A DNA stretch of 64,000 bases, from assembly GCA_041690135.1 (NCBI GenBank), contig JAWLHY010000020.1:25542-89541 (forward strand). The letters run 5' to 3'. Position 1 is the first letter of the stretch; every line of letters begins with the position of its first letter. The notes below the pieces were generated by a model. The model searched no databases. It was not told the DNA's origin and was given only the letters and a program-made list of their open reading frames with translations. Position numbers and translations under genes: made by a program. The stretch is from Armatimonadota bacterium (GTDB lineage Bacteria > Armatimonadota > SYMT01). This document shows positions 39,249 to 48,172 of this stretch, one piece after another.

Positions 39249-39425
39249 CCGATGCTTCGGTCTGGGTTGAAGGTTAGCAGGTTGGCAGGTCATCGGAGTT
39301 CGGAAGCAGTATACCGACCGTAGTGGATATGCTGGACTCTAACCTCCTGTCAGTGCGGGATGGGAGTCCCGACGCTGGTCCGTTCTCACTTGCGACTGCG
39401 AATCCCGCAACGGGCTGGGCAACAG

Positions 39426-39938
39426 GAAGCGCCTCCGGGGCGGAGGACCCGGAGGCGCTTCGATTAAGCCGGTGGAGATGCGCCAGCCCAGCAGCCCGAA
39501 CGGCCTGGGGTCGAGGCCCCGGGTCGCGTCCGTCTCGAACCTGGCCCCACATCGGGTGCCTTCATCGAGAGCCGCTCCGCGACGACCGATGAGCGGCGAC
39601 TCTTCTCCACACTTCGGCTGGTTATCAAGTTTCAGCTCCGGAATGGACCGGAAGGCTGTTGTAGCGACCGTTATTCAGTTGTTGCCGTTCTTCAGTTGTT
39701 GGTCGTGTAGCGACCGCTATCGACTCGGCGAGCAAGCCCCGCCATTGATTGCCACTATTCAGTTTGCCGTTATTCAGTTGGCCAATATTCAGTTCGCCCG
39801 TATTCAGTTGTCCGTTATGCGGTTTTCTACACCGCCGCCGGACCCGCCGGCAGCGGAGGTTGGTCTCGATTAACGAGGGAGCCGTGGCCGCTCCGGCCTC
39901 CTTCCGGCCGGAGCTGGGGCTGTTTTCCCCACCCTCGA
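39426..39938 (-). ncRNA. Candidate long structured ncRNA with repeated AACUGAAUA motifs (unassigned)
   Basis: No credible CDS. TATTAT -10 box at 39948-39943, 5' hairpins, six repeat motifs, a long-range 3' stem and a 14-bp terminal hairpin at 39426-39461. Confidence 0.5.
39661..39809. repeat. Array of TATTCAGTT (minus strand AACTGAATA) motifs
   Basis: Copies start at 39672, 39689 (TCTTCAGTT), 39756, 39771, 39786 and 39801. GTAGCGACCG is duplicated at 39661 and 39707. Confidence 0.9.
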
Positions 39939-40174
39939 CTGCATAATACCCGCTGGTCAGAACTTAAAACGGGCAGACGATACTGTTCATTGACTGAGTT
40001 ATGGGCGAGAGCCCGGAAGCATCCCATCGTCCTTTCGAGGGAAGGGCCTCCCGGCCGGAGGTTGGAGCGCTCCACCGTCTTTGGGCCGGCTCGAGATCGA
40101 TGACCGGCGAGGGAGGGAGGCAGGCAACGGACGCGTAAATAGCACGCTGTTCGAACCCATTCTCAGGAGCCTTT

Positions 40175-41221
40175 ATGCCTACCCTTAGCTACGAAACTCT
40201 CTGCGCCATCACACGGAAGGCCGCAGTCGCACTGGGCTGCCCGGAGGACGAGGCGGCGATCATCGCGGAGAGCCTGGCCGGTGCCAACCTGGCGGGCCAC
40301 GATTCCCACGGTATCATTCGGCTGGAGCAGTATACGCAGTTGGTCCGCGCCGGCGATATCATGCCGGGCGGGGCGACCACCACCGTCCGCGAAACGCCCT
40401 GCACGGCGCTCCTCGACGGCGGCTGGAACTTCGGCCAGGTGGTCGCGCGGCGCGCCATCGACCTCGCCTGTGAGAAGGCCCGGCAGTATGGAACCGGTAC
40501 GGTGAGCGTGCGCAACAGCAACCACCTGGGACGCCTGGGAGAGTACACCCTGATGGCGGCCCGGAAGGGGCTGTTGGCGCTCGGTATGGTGAACAACCAC
40601 GGCCGCGGCAACCTGGTGGCACCGTTCGGCGGCAGCGACGGCCGCCTCGCCACCAATCCGCTCTCCTTCGCCTGTCCGGGGTCAAAACAACCGATCTTGG
40701 TCGATATCACCACCAGCGTGGTAGCCGAGGGAAAGGTCCGCATCAAGAAGAACGCCGGCGAGGCCGTGCCGGAAGGCTGGATCATCGACAACCAGGGCCG
40801 CCCTTCCACCGACCCGAACGACCTCTACACGAACCCGCGCGGAGCCATCCTGCCCTTTGGCGGCCCGGTCGGGCATAAAGGGTTTGCGTTGAGCGTGATG
40901 GTGGACATCCTTTCCGGCGCGCTCTCCGGCGCCGGCTGCAGCTACAGCAGCACCTGTCGGCTGGGGAACGCGATGTTCTTCACGGTGATCGATCCGGAGA
41001 AGTTCGTCACGCCCGAAGAGTTCGTCGAGCAGGTGGGCGTGCTGGAGCGCCACATCAAGGCCTCCCCGCCGGCGCCCGGCTTTAACGAGATCCTGATGCC
41101 GGGAGAGCCGGAGCTGCGGGTGGAATCCCGGCGCCGGGAGAACGGGATCGCCATCGATGAAGAAACGTGGCGCCAGTTCGTGGCAACCGTTGAGAGCCTG
41201 GGAGTCAGCGTCGAACTGTAG
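40175..41221 (+). CDS. Ldh_2 family (malate/L-lactate/sulfolactate-type) oxidoreductase
   Basis: GHDSHG, SNHLGRLG, ATNP, DITTS and GHKG motifs. Confidence 0.92.
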   Translation: MPTLSYETLCAITRKAAVALGCPEDEAAIIAESLAGANLAGHDSHGIIRLEQYTQLVRAGDIMPGGATTTVRETPCTALLDGGWNFGQVVARRAIDLACEKARQYGTGTVSVRNSNHLGRLGEYTLMAARKGLLALGMVNNHGRGNLVAPFGGSDGRLATNPLSFACPGSKQPILVDITTSVVAEGKVRIKKNAGEAVPEGWIIDNQGRPSTDPNDLYTNPRGAILPFGGPVGHKGFALSVMVDILSGALSGAGCSYSSTCRLGNAMFFTVIDPEKFVTPEEFVEQVGVLERHIKASPPAPGFNEILMPGEPELRVESRRRENGIAIDEETWRQFVATVESLGVSVEL

Positions 41222-41251
41222 TCGCGATACAGAAATACGAGAGTAACGCAG

Positions 41252-41545
41252 ATGGTTGAACATGTAGTGCTATTCAAGACGACCCCCGAGACCACCCCGG
41301 AGCAACGGGAGCGCATGATCGCGGAACTCCGCTCGCTGAAGGAAAAGATTCCGGGTATTATCGACCTGTCCGTCGGCACCAACTTCAGCGACCGCAACCA
41401 GGGATTCGATGTCGGGCTGGTGGTCCGGTTCGTGGACCGCGCCGCCCTGGAGGTTTACCTACCCCACCCGGCTCACCGGGGCTGCGTGGACCAGTTCGTC
41501 GCTCCAATCAAGGCCGACGTGATCGTAGTGGACTACGAAATCTGA
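41252..41545 (+). CDS. Dabb family (stress-responsive A/B barrel) protein
   Basis: HVVLFK, IPGI, Y..HPAH and VDYE. Confidence 0.9.
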   Translation: MVEHVVLFKTTPETTPEQRERMIAELRSLKEKIPGIIDLSVGTNFSDRNQGFDVGLVVRFVDRAALEVYLPHPAHRGCVDQFVAPIKADVIVVDYEI

Positions 41546-41674
41546 TCGGGAGCCAAGAATCCAGCCGCGGGGTTCAAGGGGGGAGACGGGCAGCGCCGAC
41601 CTGATGATAGGAAGAGGTCTGCTCCGCAGGTTGAACCGTGGCTGGATTCCCACGCATCCGGAAAGGTTCTGAAG

Positions 41675-42382
41675 TTGAGGACGTTCGCTATCGGGGATGT
41701 GCATGGCTACACGCAGCCCCTGCACCAATTGCTGCGACAGCTCAAAGAGCGCGCGGCCCCCGGTGACACCCTGGTATTCGTTGGCGACTACGTCGACCGC
41801 GGTCCGGACAGCCGGGGGGTGATCGACACCGTCATCGAGCTGGCTAATGGCGGCTGGAACGGCCCCGTGGTGCCCCTCCGAGGCAACCACGAGGAACTGA
41901 TGACCGATGCCCTGTCGAAACGGCCGCAGTACGGCCTCGATAGTTGGCTCTCCATGGGCGGCTACGAAACCGTTTGCAGCTACACGGGCGGAGAGGTCAG
42001 TCGCAAGTGGTTCACCTCCGTCCCCCGCGTTCACGCCGAGTTCCTGGTCGGCCTCCGCTCCTGGTGGGAGGACGAGCACGCCATTTACGTCCATGCCGGG
42101 CTGAAGGCAGGCGCCCATCCCGAGGATCTGGATAACGACGTGCTGCTCTGGGCGCGCGAGGAGTTCATCAAGTCGGAGTATGCCTGGCGGAAGGTGGTTG
42201 TCTTCGGACATACCCCGCAGTACGAACCACCAACCACGACGATCATTGATCTCGAGAGGCTACCCTGGCGACCTCTCAACCGACCGGAGAAGATCGGTAT
42301 CGATACGGGTGTCGCTTACGGAGGGCTCCTCACCGCGGTCATCCTCCCGGAACGCGAATTTGTCTCCGTCCGGGCACGGTAA
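41675..42382 (+). CDS. Metallophosphoesterase (PPP/PphA-like Ser/Thr phosphatase)
   Basis: GDVHG, GDYVDRG, RGNHE, VHAG, FGHTP and IDTG; TTG start. Confidence 0.92.
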   Translation: MRTFAIGDVHGYTQPLHQLLRQLKERAAPGDTLVFVGDYVDRGPDSRGVIDTVIELANGGWNGPVVPLRGNHEELMTDALSKRPQYGLDSWLSMGGYETVCSYTGGEVSRKWFTSVPRVHAEFLVGLRSWWEDEHAIYVHAGLKAGAHPEDLDNDVLLWAREEFIKSEYAWRKVVVFGHTPQYEPPTTTIIDLERLPWRPLNRPEKIGIDTGVAYGGLLTAVILPEREFVSVRAR

Positions 42383-42654
42383 CTCATCACTGGGCGCACC
42401 AGCTCCAATTCTGAACTCCGGCCCTGGTACACAACAGGATGGCCTCCTGGTCAACGGGCTGGTCTTTGCCATTCTGCCCGGAGATGTAGGACGGGAAGCT
42501 CTGTCACCGCCTGGCCTTGCATTTGCACCCGTCTCGGCGTGGAGACCTGCGGCAGGCTTTGGGTATCTACCTTTCCTATCGTATGGGATTCCCTGCGCCG
42601 CGGGAGAAAGAACCTGCAAGCCAACTGCCGCCCTTCAGGGCCAAGGAACTCAAT

Positions 42655-43476
42655 TTGAACGCAGGACTGCAACTACAACGACATCGCAGATCACCCGTTT
42701 TCCGCTGGCTGACCCTCCTCGGCATCTGCCTGGTAGCGACAGCCACGACAGCACAGCAGAAGCTGCCGCAAGTGCACCCCAAAGTGCGCGGGGAGTACTC
42801 GGCGCTCCTGATGTGGCACGACGTCGTGGCGAAGAAAAAGGAAGTCTGGTTTGATACCACGGTGGCCGAGCTGGAACATCAGTTCCAATCGATCAAGCGG
42901 CGTGGCCTGACTCCCATCACGCTGGACCGCCTGGCCGACCACCTGGAAAAGGGCACCCCAGTACCCAACGGGGCGGTGGTGCTCACTTTCGACGATAACA
43001 ACCTGGGTCTCTACCAGCACGTGTACCCCATGTTGAAGCGCTACCGGTGGCCCGCGGTGATCTTCGTTCACACGGATTACGTGGGACGTCCCACGGGTAA
43101 GCCGCATTGCACCTGGGAGCAACTCCGGGAGATGGAGCGCAGCGGCCTGGTGAAAGCCTACCCCCACACCGCGAGCCACCCGCCAGACCTCCGTAAGATC
43201 TCCGCCAAGCAACTCCAGCGGGAACTGGTCCACGCCCGCCAGGTAATGGAGAAGCAACTGGGAGGTCCGCGACGTTACTTCGCTTACAGCGAAGGGCATT
43301 ACGACGAGCGCGTCGCCCGCGAGGTGCTGAAGGCCGGCTATCGTTTGGGCATCACCGAAGACTGGGGAGCGGCGCAGCGGTCCACCAACCTGATGATGGT
43401 ACGGCGCTACAGCATGCATAAGCGAGCACGCCAGGCCGTTCAGGATGTTGCCAGGGCCATAGGGAAGCGCCGGTAG
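42655..43476 (+). CDS. Polysaccharide deacetylase (CE4, IcaB/PgaB-like)
   Basis: LMWHDV, LTFDD, TWEQLREM and HTASH; signal-like N-terminus; start uncertain. Confidence 0.88.
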   Translation: MNAGLQLQRHRRSPVFRWLTLLGICLVATATTAQQKLPQVHPKVRGEYSALLMWHDVVAKKKEVWFDTTVAELEHQFQSIKRRGLTPITLDRLADHLEKGTPVPNGAVVLTFDDNNLGLYQHVYPMLKRYRWPAVIFVHTDYVGRPTGKPHCTWEQLREMERSGLVKAYPHTASHPPDLRKISAKQLQRELVHARQVMEKQLGGPRRYFAYSEGHYDERVAREVLKAGYRLGITEDWGAAQRSTNLMMVRRYSMHKRARQAVQDVARAIGKRR

Positions 43477-43578
43477 GTGAGCGTATTAGCGTTTTCTGCG
43501 GAAGACGCCAGAGCGCACATCCCTTATAACGGCAGCCATACACCCAGGGGGAAAATCTAGCAACAGCCTTTGTTAATC

Positions 43579-43590
43579 GTTACCGGTAAC
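43579..43590. promoter_or_regulatory. LacI-family operator-like palindrome
   Basis: Perfect GTTACCGGTAAC with central CG, 40 nt upstream of a LacI-family gene. Confidence 0.7.
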
Positions 43591-43629
43591 CTTTAACGGT
43601 TTCAAAGGCTGAAGCAGATCACCCTCCCA

Positions 43630-44754
43630 ATGGAACGTTGTCACGGCCCTAGAACCATAGCCGATCTTGCGGCGCACCTGGGTGTCTCGTCTATGACGAT
43701 CCACCGAGCCATCGCCAACAAGCCGGATATCTCGGAGAAGACGCGCAACCGGATTCTTGCCGAGATCCAACGGCTCGGCTGGCAACCCAATATCGCAGCG
43801 CGAGGGTTACGCCAGGGCAAAACCTTTACGCTCGGTATCCTGGTTTCAAACGTATCGGTCTCATTCTTGCCCGAGATCCTCCAGGGCGTCGATCGGACGG
43901 CGGAAGAGGCCGGTTGCCACACTTTCGTCTGTGTCCACGAGCACGACCCGGCGCGCGCCGTCCGGCACCTGCAAACCCTGCAATCCAAAGGAGTGGACGG
44001 TATCATCCTCTACCCGACCCTGGCGGGGGAAGAAGCGGTGGTCGTCGAACAGATCCGCCAGACGACTCCCGTCGTGCTCATCATGCGTGCCTTGCCCGGA
44101 ACCGCCTGCCCCGCCATCGTCACCGACGAGGCGCGGTGCGGTGAACTTGCCGCCGAGCACCTTCTGGACCTTCGCCACAAGCGGATTGGATTCATCGGGT
44201 ATGAAGACACGGAAATCGCGCGAGTGCGTCGGGACCAGTTTGCACTGACTCTCGCCCGGGCGGGTTTTCCTCCTGCGGAGGAGAGGTTTCTCGACAACCT
44301 CTCCTCTCGGGCGCTACAGAGTGGAACCATCCTGGAGTACCTTTCCACTACGGATCGGCCGACAGCCGTCTTCTGCGCCTCGGATCGCATCGCCACCCAT
44401 ACGATTCAGGCGGCTCACCGTCTCGGTTTGCAGGTTCCCGGCGATCTGTCGGTCCTTGGTTCCAACGGCGATGCCTGGGCCGAATTGACGAGCCCTCCCC
44501 TCTCTACGATCGCCCAACCCCGTACCCAGCTCGGAATACAGGCTGCCCGAGCAGTCCTGTTCTGCAACGGCGACCCTCACGCAGGTTCCGATCCATCCTC
44601 TTCCGCACCGACGGTGCCCGACACCCGCCTGAAGCCCCACCTCCTTTTGCGCGGATCGACCGCGCCTCCGGCCGGCGACGAGCACGGCGTCTTTGCCTCC
44701 AGATCCGGTCGACAGAGTTACGATGGAGCTCGCCACTGCGAGCCGGTCCACTGA
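43630..44754 (+). CDS. LacI-family transcriptional regulator
   Basis: TIADLAAHLGVSSMTIHRA HTH, PNIAARGL, PTAVFCASD, VPGDLSV and PPLSTI. Confidence 0.95.
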   Translation: MERCHGPRTIADLAAHLGVSSMTIHRAIANKPDISEKTRNRILAEIQRLGWQPNIAARGLRQGKTFTLGILVSNVSVSFLPEILQGVDRTAEEAGCHTFVCVHEHDPARAVRHLQTLQSKGVDGIILYPTLAGEEAVVVEQIRQTTPVVLIMRALPGTACPAIVTDEARCGELAAEHLLDLRHKRIGFIGYEDTEIARVRRDQFALTLARAGFPPAEERFLDNLSSRALQSGTILEYLSTTDRPTAVFCASDRIATHTIQAAHRLGLQVPGDLSVLGSNGDAWAELTSPPLSTIAQPRTQLGIQAARAVLFCNGDPHAGSDPSSSAPTVPDTRLKPHLLLRGSTAPPAGDEHGVFASRSGRQSYDGARHCEPVH

Positions 44755-44766
44755 AAGGACAAACCC

Positions 44767-45498
44767 ATGCTCGGAAGAAGATCGAAAGGCTTCACCCTTA
44801 TCGAACTGCTTGTCGTGATTGCGATTATCGCCATCCTCGCCGCCATCCTGTTCCCCGTGTTTGCCCAGGCACGGGAAGCAGCCAGGAAGACGCAGTGCAC
44901 CTCGAATTTGCGTCAGTTGATGACCGGCATCACGATGTATGCACAAGACTACGACGAAATGTACCCGGGAATTCGTTACGGGGCGTGGGGGTTCAATTCT
45001 CCCACGAATTACGGCTGGGGGCTGGAAGACCAGGTCCAGCCGTACATCAAGAATATGGGCCTGTTCAAATGTCCCTCCGACGGTCTCCGGCGGATGGACA
45101 CGAACTCCGACGGCAGGACGGAACCCATCAGCTACTCCCCGACTCACTACTGGTCGGGTGCCGCGGCCACCAGCAGCGATAGCTGGGGCATCTTCGGAAT
45201 CTCCAATGCATCGCGCGCGTTAGCCGACATCCAGGCTCCCGCCGACACCGTGGCGCTTTACGAACTGTGGATGTATACCAACGAGGCCGAGCGTTACATG
45301 TACTACCGCTGGTTCAACCACGATCTCCGCAACTGGCGGGTGTGGCCACAGGTTTACCAGGACGCCACCGGTCAGTACTGCCTGGGCGCTCACCAGAACA
45401 AGATCAACATCGCTTTCGCGGATGGACATGTAAAGGCAATGGGGCGAGACCAGCTCTTCGCCCCCCGAAACCTCGTGTCCGTAAACCCGAACGACTGA
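44767..45498 (+). CDS. Prepilin-type N-terminal cleavage/methylation, DUF1559 / H-X9-DG domain protein
   Basis: [49 protein letters not shown] and [15 protein letters not shown]. Confidence 0.93.
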   Translation: MLGRRSKGFTLIELLVVIAIIAILAAILFPVFAQAREAARKTQCTSNLRQLMTGITMYAQDYDEMYPGIRYGAWGFNSPTNYGWGLEDQVQPYIKNMGLFKCPSDGLRRMDTNSDGRTEPISYSPTHYWSGAAATSSDSWGIFGISNASRALADIQAPADTVALYELWMYTNEAERYMYYRWFNHDLRNWRVWPQVYQDATGQYCLGAHQNKINIAFADGHVKAMGRDQLFAPRNLVSVNPND

Positions 45499-45511
45499 GG
45501 AGAAACGAAAC

Positions 45512-45670
45512 ATGGATGAACGGATGAAGAATGCGATCCTGATCCTGGTAGTGGTCGCCCTGGTCGGTGTTGCGGGAGTAGTGGGCGTCCGCTCCTTCAA
45601 GGGAGAGACCCCCCAGGTACAGCGGGGACCGGATATCATCCCGCCGGGGGATAAGACCGCGGACCGATAG
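45512..45670 (+). CDS. Small single-TM protein (52 aa; absent from the ORF track)
   Basis: MDERMKNAILILVVVALVGVAGVVGVRSFKGETPQVQRGPDIIPPGDKTADR*; GAGGAG RBS immediately after the DUF1559 stop. Confidence 0.7.
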   Translation: MDERMKNAILILVVVALVGVAGVVGVRSFKGETPQVQRGPDIIPPGDKTADR

Positions 45671-45735
45671 AAGCCAGGAAGCCGGCAGAGCGCAGCAAGG
45701 GCGGTTGCGCACCGTTCGGACCCGACGCCTCAAGA

Positions 45736-45791
45736 ACGAAAGAGCCGCTGACCGATACGCGCGACGCGACGGTCAGCGGCTCTTTCGTCTT
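45736..45791 (+). terminator. Terminator after the LacI/DUF1559 module
   Basis: ACGAAAGAGCCGCTGACCG...CGGTCAGCGGCTCTTTCGT. Confidence 0.75.
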
Positions 45792-45869
45792 CCTTCCAGC
45801 CGCAAGGGGTTGGGCAGGGATTACGCGGAGAACTCGCCAACAGTACAGCGGCGCAGGATAGCCTGAACG

Positions 45870-47375
45870 ATGTGCCCGAAAAGCCGCTCCACCATGAACT
45901 CAATCCGTCTCTTCTCAGCCCGTTTCGTCGATCCCTCTCACCACCACCCGAGCCGCCCTATAGCGTTGCGGATGGCACTCTTATTGGGCCTGGGCGGTGC
46001 CCTGGTTTGTGCGCCCGTGTCGGTACCCCAGGCCGACCCGCCCTTCCAGGTCGGTTACGCGGAGGCCGACATCACGCCGCCACTGGGCGGATCAATGCCC
46101 GGGTACTTCAAGGACCGCAAGGCGACGGGCATCCTGGATCCGCTCAAGTCCAAAGTCCTGGTATTGCGCAAGGGCGAGGAAACGACGGCGCTGGTGGCCT
46201 GCGATCTGCTCGGCATGGGTGCTTCCCTCGTCCGGCGGATCCGCGAGAGCGTAGCGCGCGAAGTTCGCCCGGCTCCCGACCGGGTATGGATCCACTGCAC
46301 GCACACGCACACGGCGGGAATGGTGCCGCGGACGGACCAGTTCACCTCGGATGCAGAGGCGATTTACCCTGCCTTCTACGCGGGCGACGTCGACGAGAAA
46401 TGGATCGATACCCTGGTTGAGAAGACGACCGGAGCCGTGGCACAGGCGACCGCCTCCCTCGCCGAAGAAAAGCGGACCACCCTGCACGAAGGGCACGAGG
46501 CCACCGTGGCGCGTTACCGGCGCTTCTTGATGAAAAACGGTCGTGTGCGGACCAACCCCGGGCGCAATAACCCGGAGGCGGTCCGGCCCGCCGGCGAGAT
46601 CGACCCGCGCGTCCATACCCTCCGGTTCGCCGACAGCCGGGTGATGACCGTCATCTACGGATGCCATCCCGACTGCGTTGGGGGAACCCAGTATTCGGCG
46701 GATTATCCGGCGCATCTCACGGAGGCGCTTCGTGAAAAGGTGGGGCGAGACTGGCGGGTCGTCTTCCTGAATGCCTGTTGCGGCAATATCAACCACATCG
46801 ATGTCAATAACCCGACCCAGAAGAGCGGCCCTGAAGAGTCACGCCGCCTGGGCCGTACACTGGCGGGGGCAGTTCTGAACACCCTGGAACAAGGGAAGCC
46901 GTTGGTGGTGGACCGGTTGGTCGCAAAGTCCTCCGTGGTGAAGTCCCGGCTGCGGCGGCCGCGGCCGGAGGAAGTCACCGAGGCCGAAGAGCGCCTGCGC
47001 ACCGGACGTAACCCCTTCGAGTTCAATGGTCTCTTCGCACCGGCCGCACTGGTTCTGGCGAAAACAAAAGACCGAGAGCACTCCGCGGAAATTGCCGCCT
47101 TGCGGCTGGGCGGCTTCGGCATGGCATTCATGCCCGGCGAGATCTTCGTGGAACTGGGGCGCGAGGTGGAAGCAGGATCCCCTTTCAAACCCACCCGCAC
47201 CATCGGGCTGACCAACGGCAGCATGGGCTACATCCCCACGGCCAAAGGCTATGAGGAAGGCGGTTACGAGGCGGGATATCGCAGCGCGCGCTACGAGCCG
47301 AACACGGGACACCGTTGGGCGGCGCAGGCAGCCAAGTTGCTGAACTCCTTCGCCAGCCGAGGCGAACGCAAGTGA
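45870..47375 (+). CDS. Neutral/alkaline ceramidase-like hydrolase, exported
   Basis: ADITPP, DPL, CTHTHT, CHPD, SADYP, PGEIF and GYIPT; the real start may be 45972. Confidence 0.8.
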   Translation: MCPKSRSTMNSIRLFSARFVDPSHHHPSRPIALRMALLLGLGGALVCAPVSVPQADPPFQVGYAEADITPPLGGSMPGYFKDRKATGILDPLKSKVLVLRKGEETTALVACDLLGMGASLVRRIRESVAREVRPAPDRVWIHCTHTHTAGMVPRTDQFTSDAEAIYPAFYAGDVDEKWIDTLVEKTTGAVAQATASLAEEKRTTLHEGHEATVARYRRFLMKNGRVRTNPGRNNPEAVRPAGEIDPRVHTLRFADSRVMTVIYGCHPDCVGGTQYSADYPAHLTEALREKVGRDWRVVFLNACCGNINHIDVNNPTQKSGPEESRRLGRTLAGAVLNTLEQGKPLVVDRLVAKSSVVKSRLRRPRPEEVTEAEERLRTGRNPFEFNGLFAPAALVLAKTKDREHSAEIAALRLGGFGMAFMPGEIFVELGREVEAGSPFKPTRTIGLTNGSMGYIPTAKGYEEGGYEAGYRSARYEPNTGHRWAAQAAKLLNSFASRGERK

Positions 47376-48172
47376 CCGCCGCAGCCTCCGCGACACCTCC
47401 GCCGAGCTTCAGGGAGCGATTTGTCGGGGTGCTCGTCCGCCCCCGAGAGACGTTCCGGCATCTGGCGGAGAGCGCGGATCGCGACGCCTGGTACGGACCG
47501 GCCTACCTCCTCATCATTGGGTACTCGCTTTACTTCCTCGCCATTGGCGTAGGTATGGCAAGATTGATGAGCGCCATGGCCGCTCCCGGCAACGCAACCA
47601 GTCCCACCCCGCCGGGAATGGCCGACTGGATGACCTTTCTCATGTCCGCCAGCCAGCTGTACACCGCGCTCTGGCAAGTGCCGCTCTACGTGGCGATCTC
47701 GTGGGCGGTAAGGACCGGCATCTTCTACGGGCTGGGAGTCTTACTTCACGGTGATCGGCCCGCCTGGGGCCGGGTGGTGGCCATGATCGGTTGGGCCTGG
47801 GTGCCGATCTTCTTCCAATACGTCCTCCTCGGGGTGCTCATGCTGGCCTTTCCACCCGTCATGGACTTCTTCTTACCGATCCCCGAGCAGGGCAAGCCGA
47901 TCGACGTGATGTCCCTGCAGAATTCCAAGTGGCAGGGCCAGGTCCTTTTCCAGGCCTCACCATTCATCCTCTGGAACCTGTATCTCTGCACCGTGGGCGT
48001 GGCGAATGTCTTTCGGCTGCCCACCTGGAAAGCGTCGGTGGTCGTCCTGGTACCCGCCCTAGCCCAGATCCTTTTCAACATCGGCGCTTATTTTCTCTCC
48101 ACCTGGATGGCCGGGATGTTCCTTCAGCCCGGAGCGGGGCCGGTGGTACCGAACGGACCCGGTGGAGGTTAG
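47372..48172 (+). CDS. Yip1-family membrane protein
   Basis: GVLVRPRETF N-terminal motif, about 5 TM helices, GTGA overlap with the upstream gene. Confidence 0.75.
   Translation: MTAAASATPPPSFRERFVGVLVRPRETFRHLAESADRDAWYGPAYLLIIGYSLYFLAIGVGMARLMSAMAAPGNATSPTPPGMADWMTFLMSASQLYTALWQVPLYVAISWAVRTGIFYGLGVLLHGDRPAWGRVVAMIGWAWVPIFFQYVLLGVLMLAFPPVMDFFLPIPEQGKPIDVMSLQNSKWQGQVLFQASPFILWNLYLCTVGVANVFRLPTWKASVVVLVPALAQILFNIGAYFLSTWMAGMFLQPGAGPVVPNGPGGG

Noticed and set aside
39316-39380. tRNA(Pyl)-like look-alike (TGGACTCTAA..TCC; CGGGA/TCCCG)
   Set aside because: No D-arm, an 8-nt anticodon loop, a mismatched acceptor stem, a non-canonical T-loop, no CCA and no pyl genes in the window. ARAGORN or tRNAscan would settle it.
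39661-39809. CRISPR array interpretation of the 9-mer repeats
   Set aside because: Repeats of 9 nt and spacers of 6-8 nt are far too short, and there are no cas genes.
39426-39938. tmRNA, RNase P or SRP identity for the candidate RNA
   Set aside because: No GGGG...UUCGAC 5' end or T-arm/CCA 3' end (UCUCCACC is internal), no GAGGAAAGUCC, and no SRP helix-8 motif.
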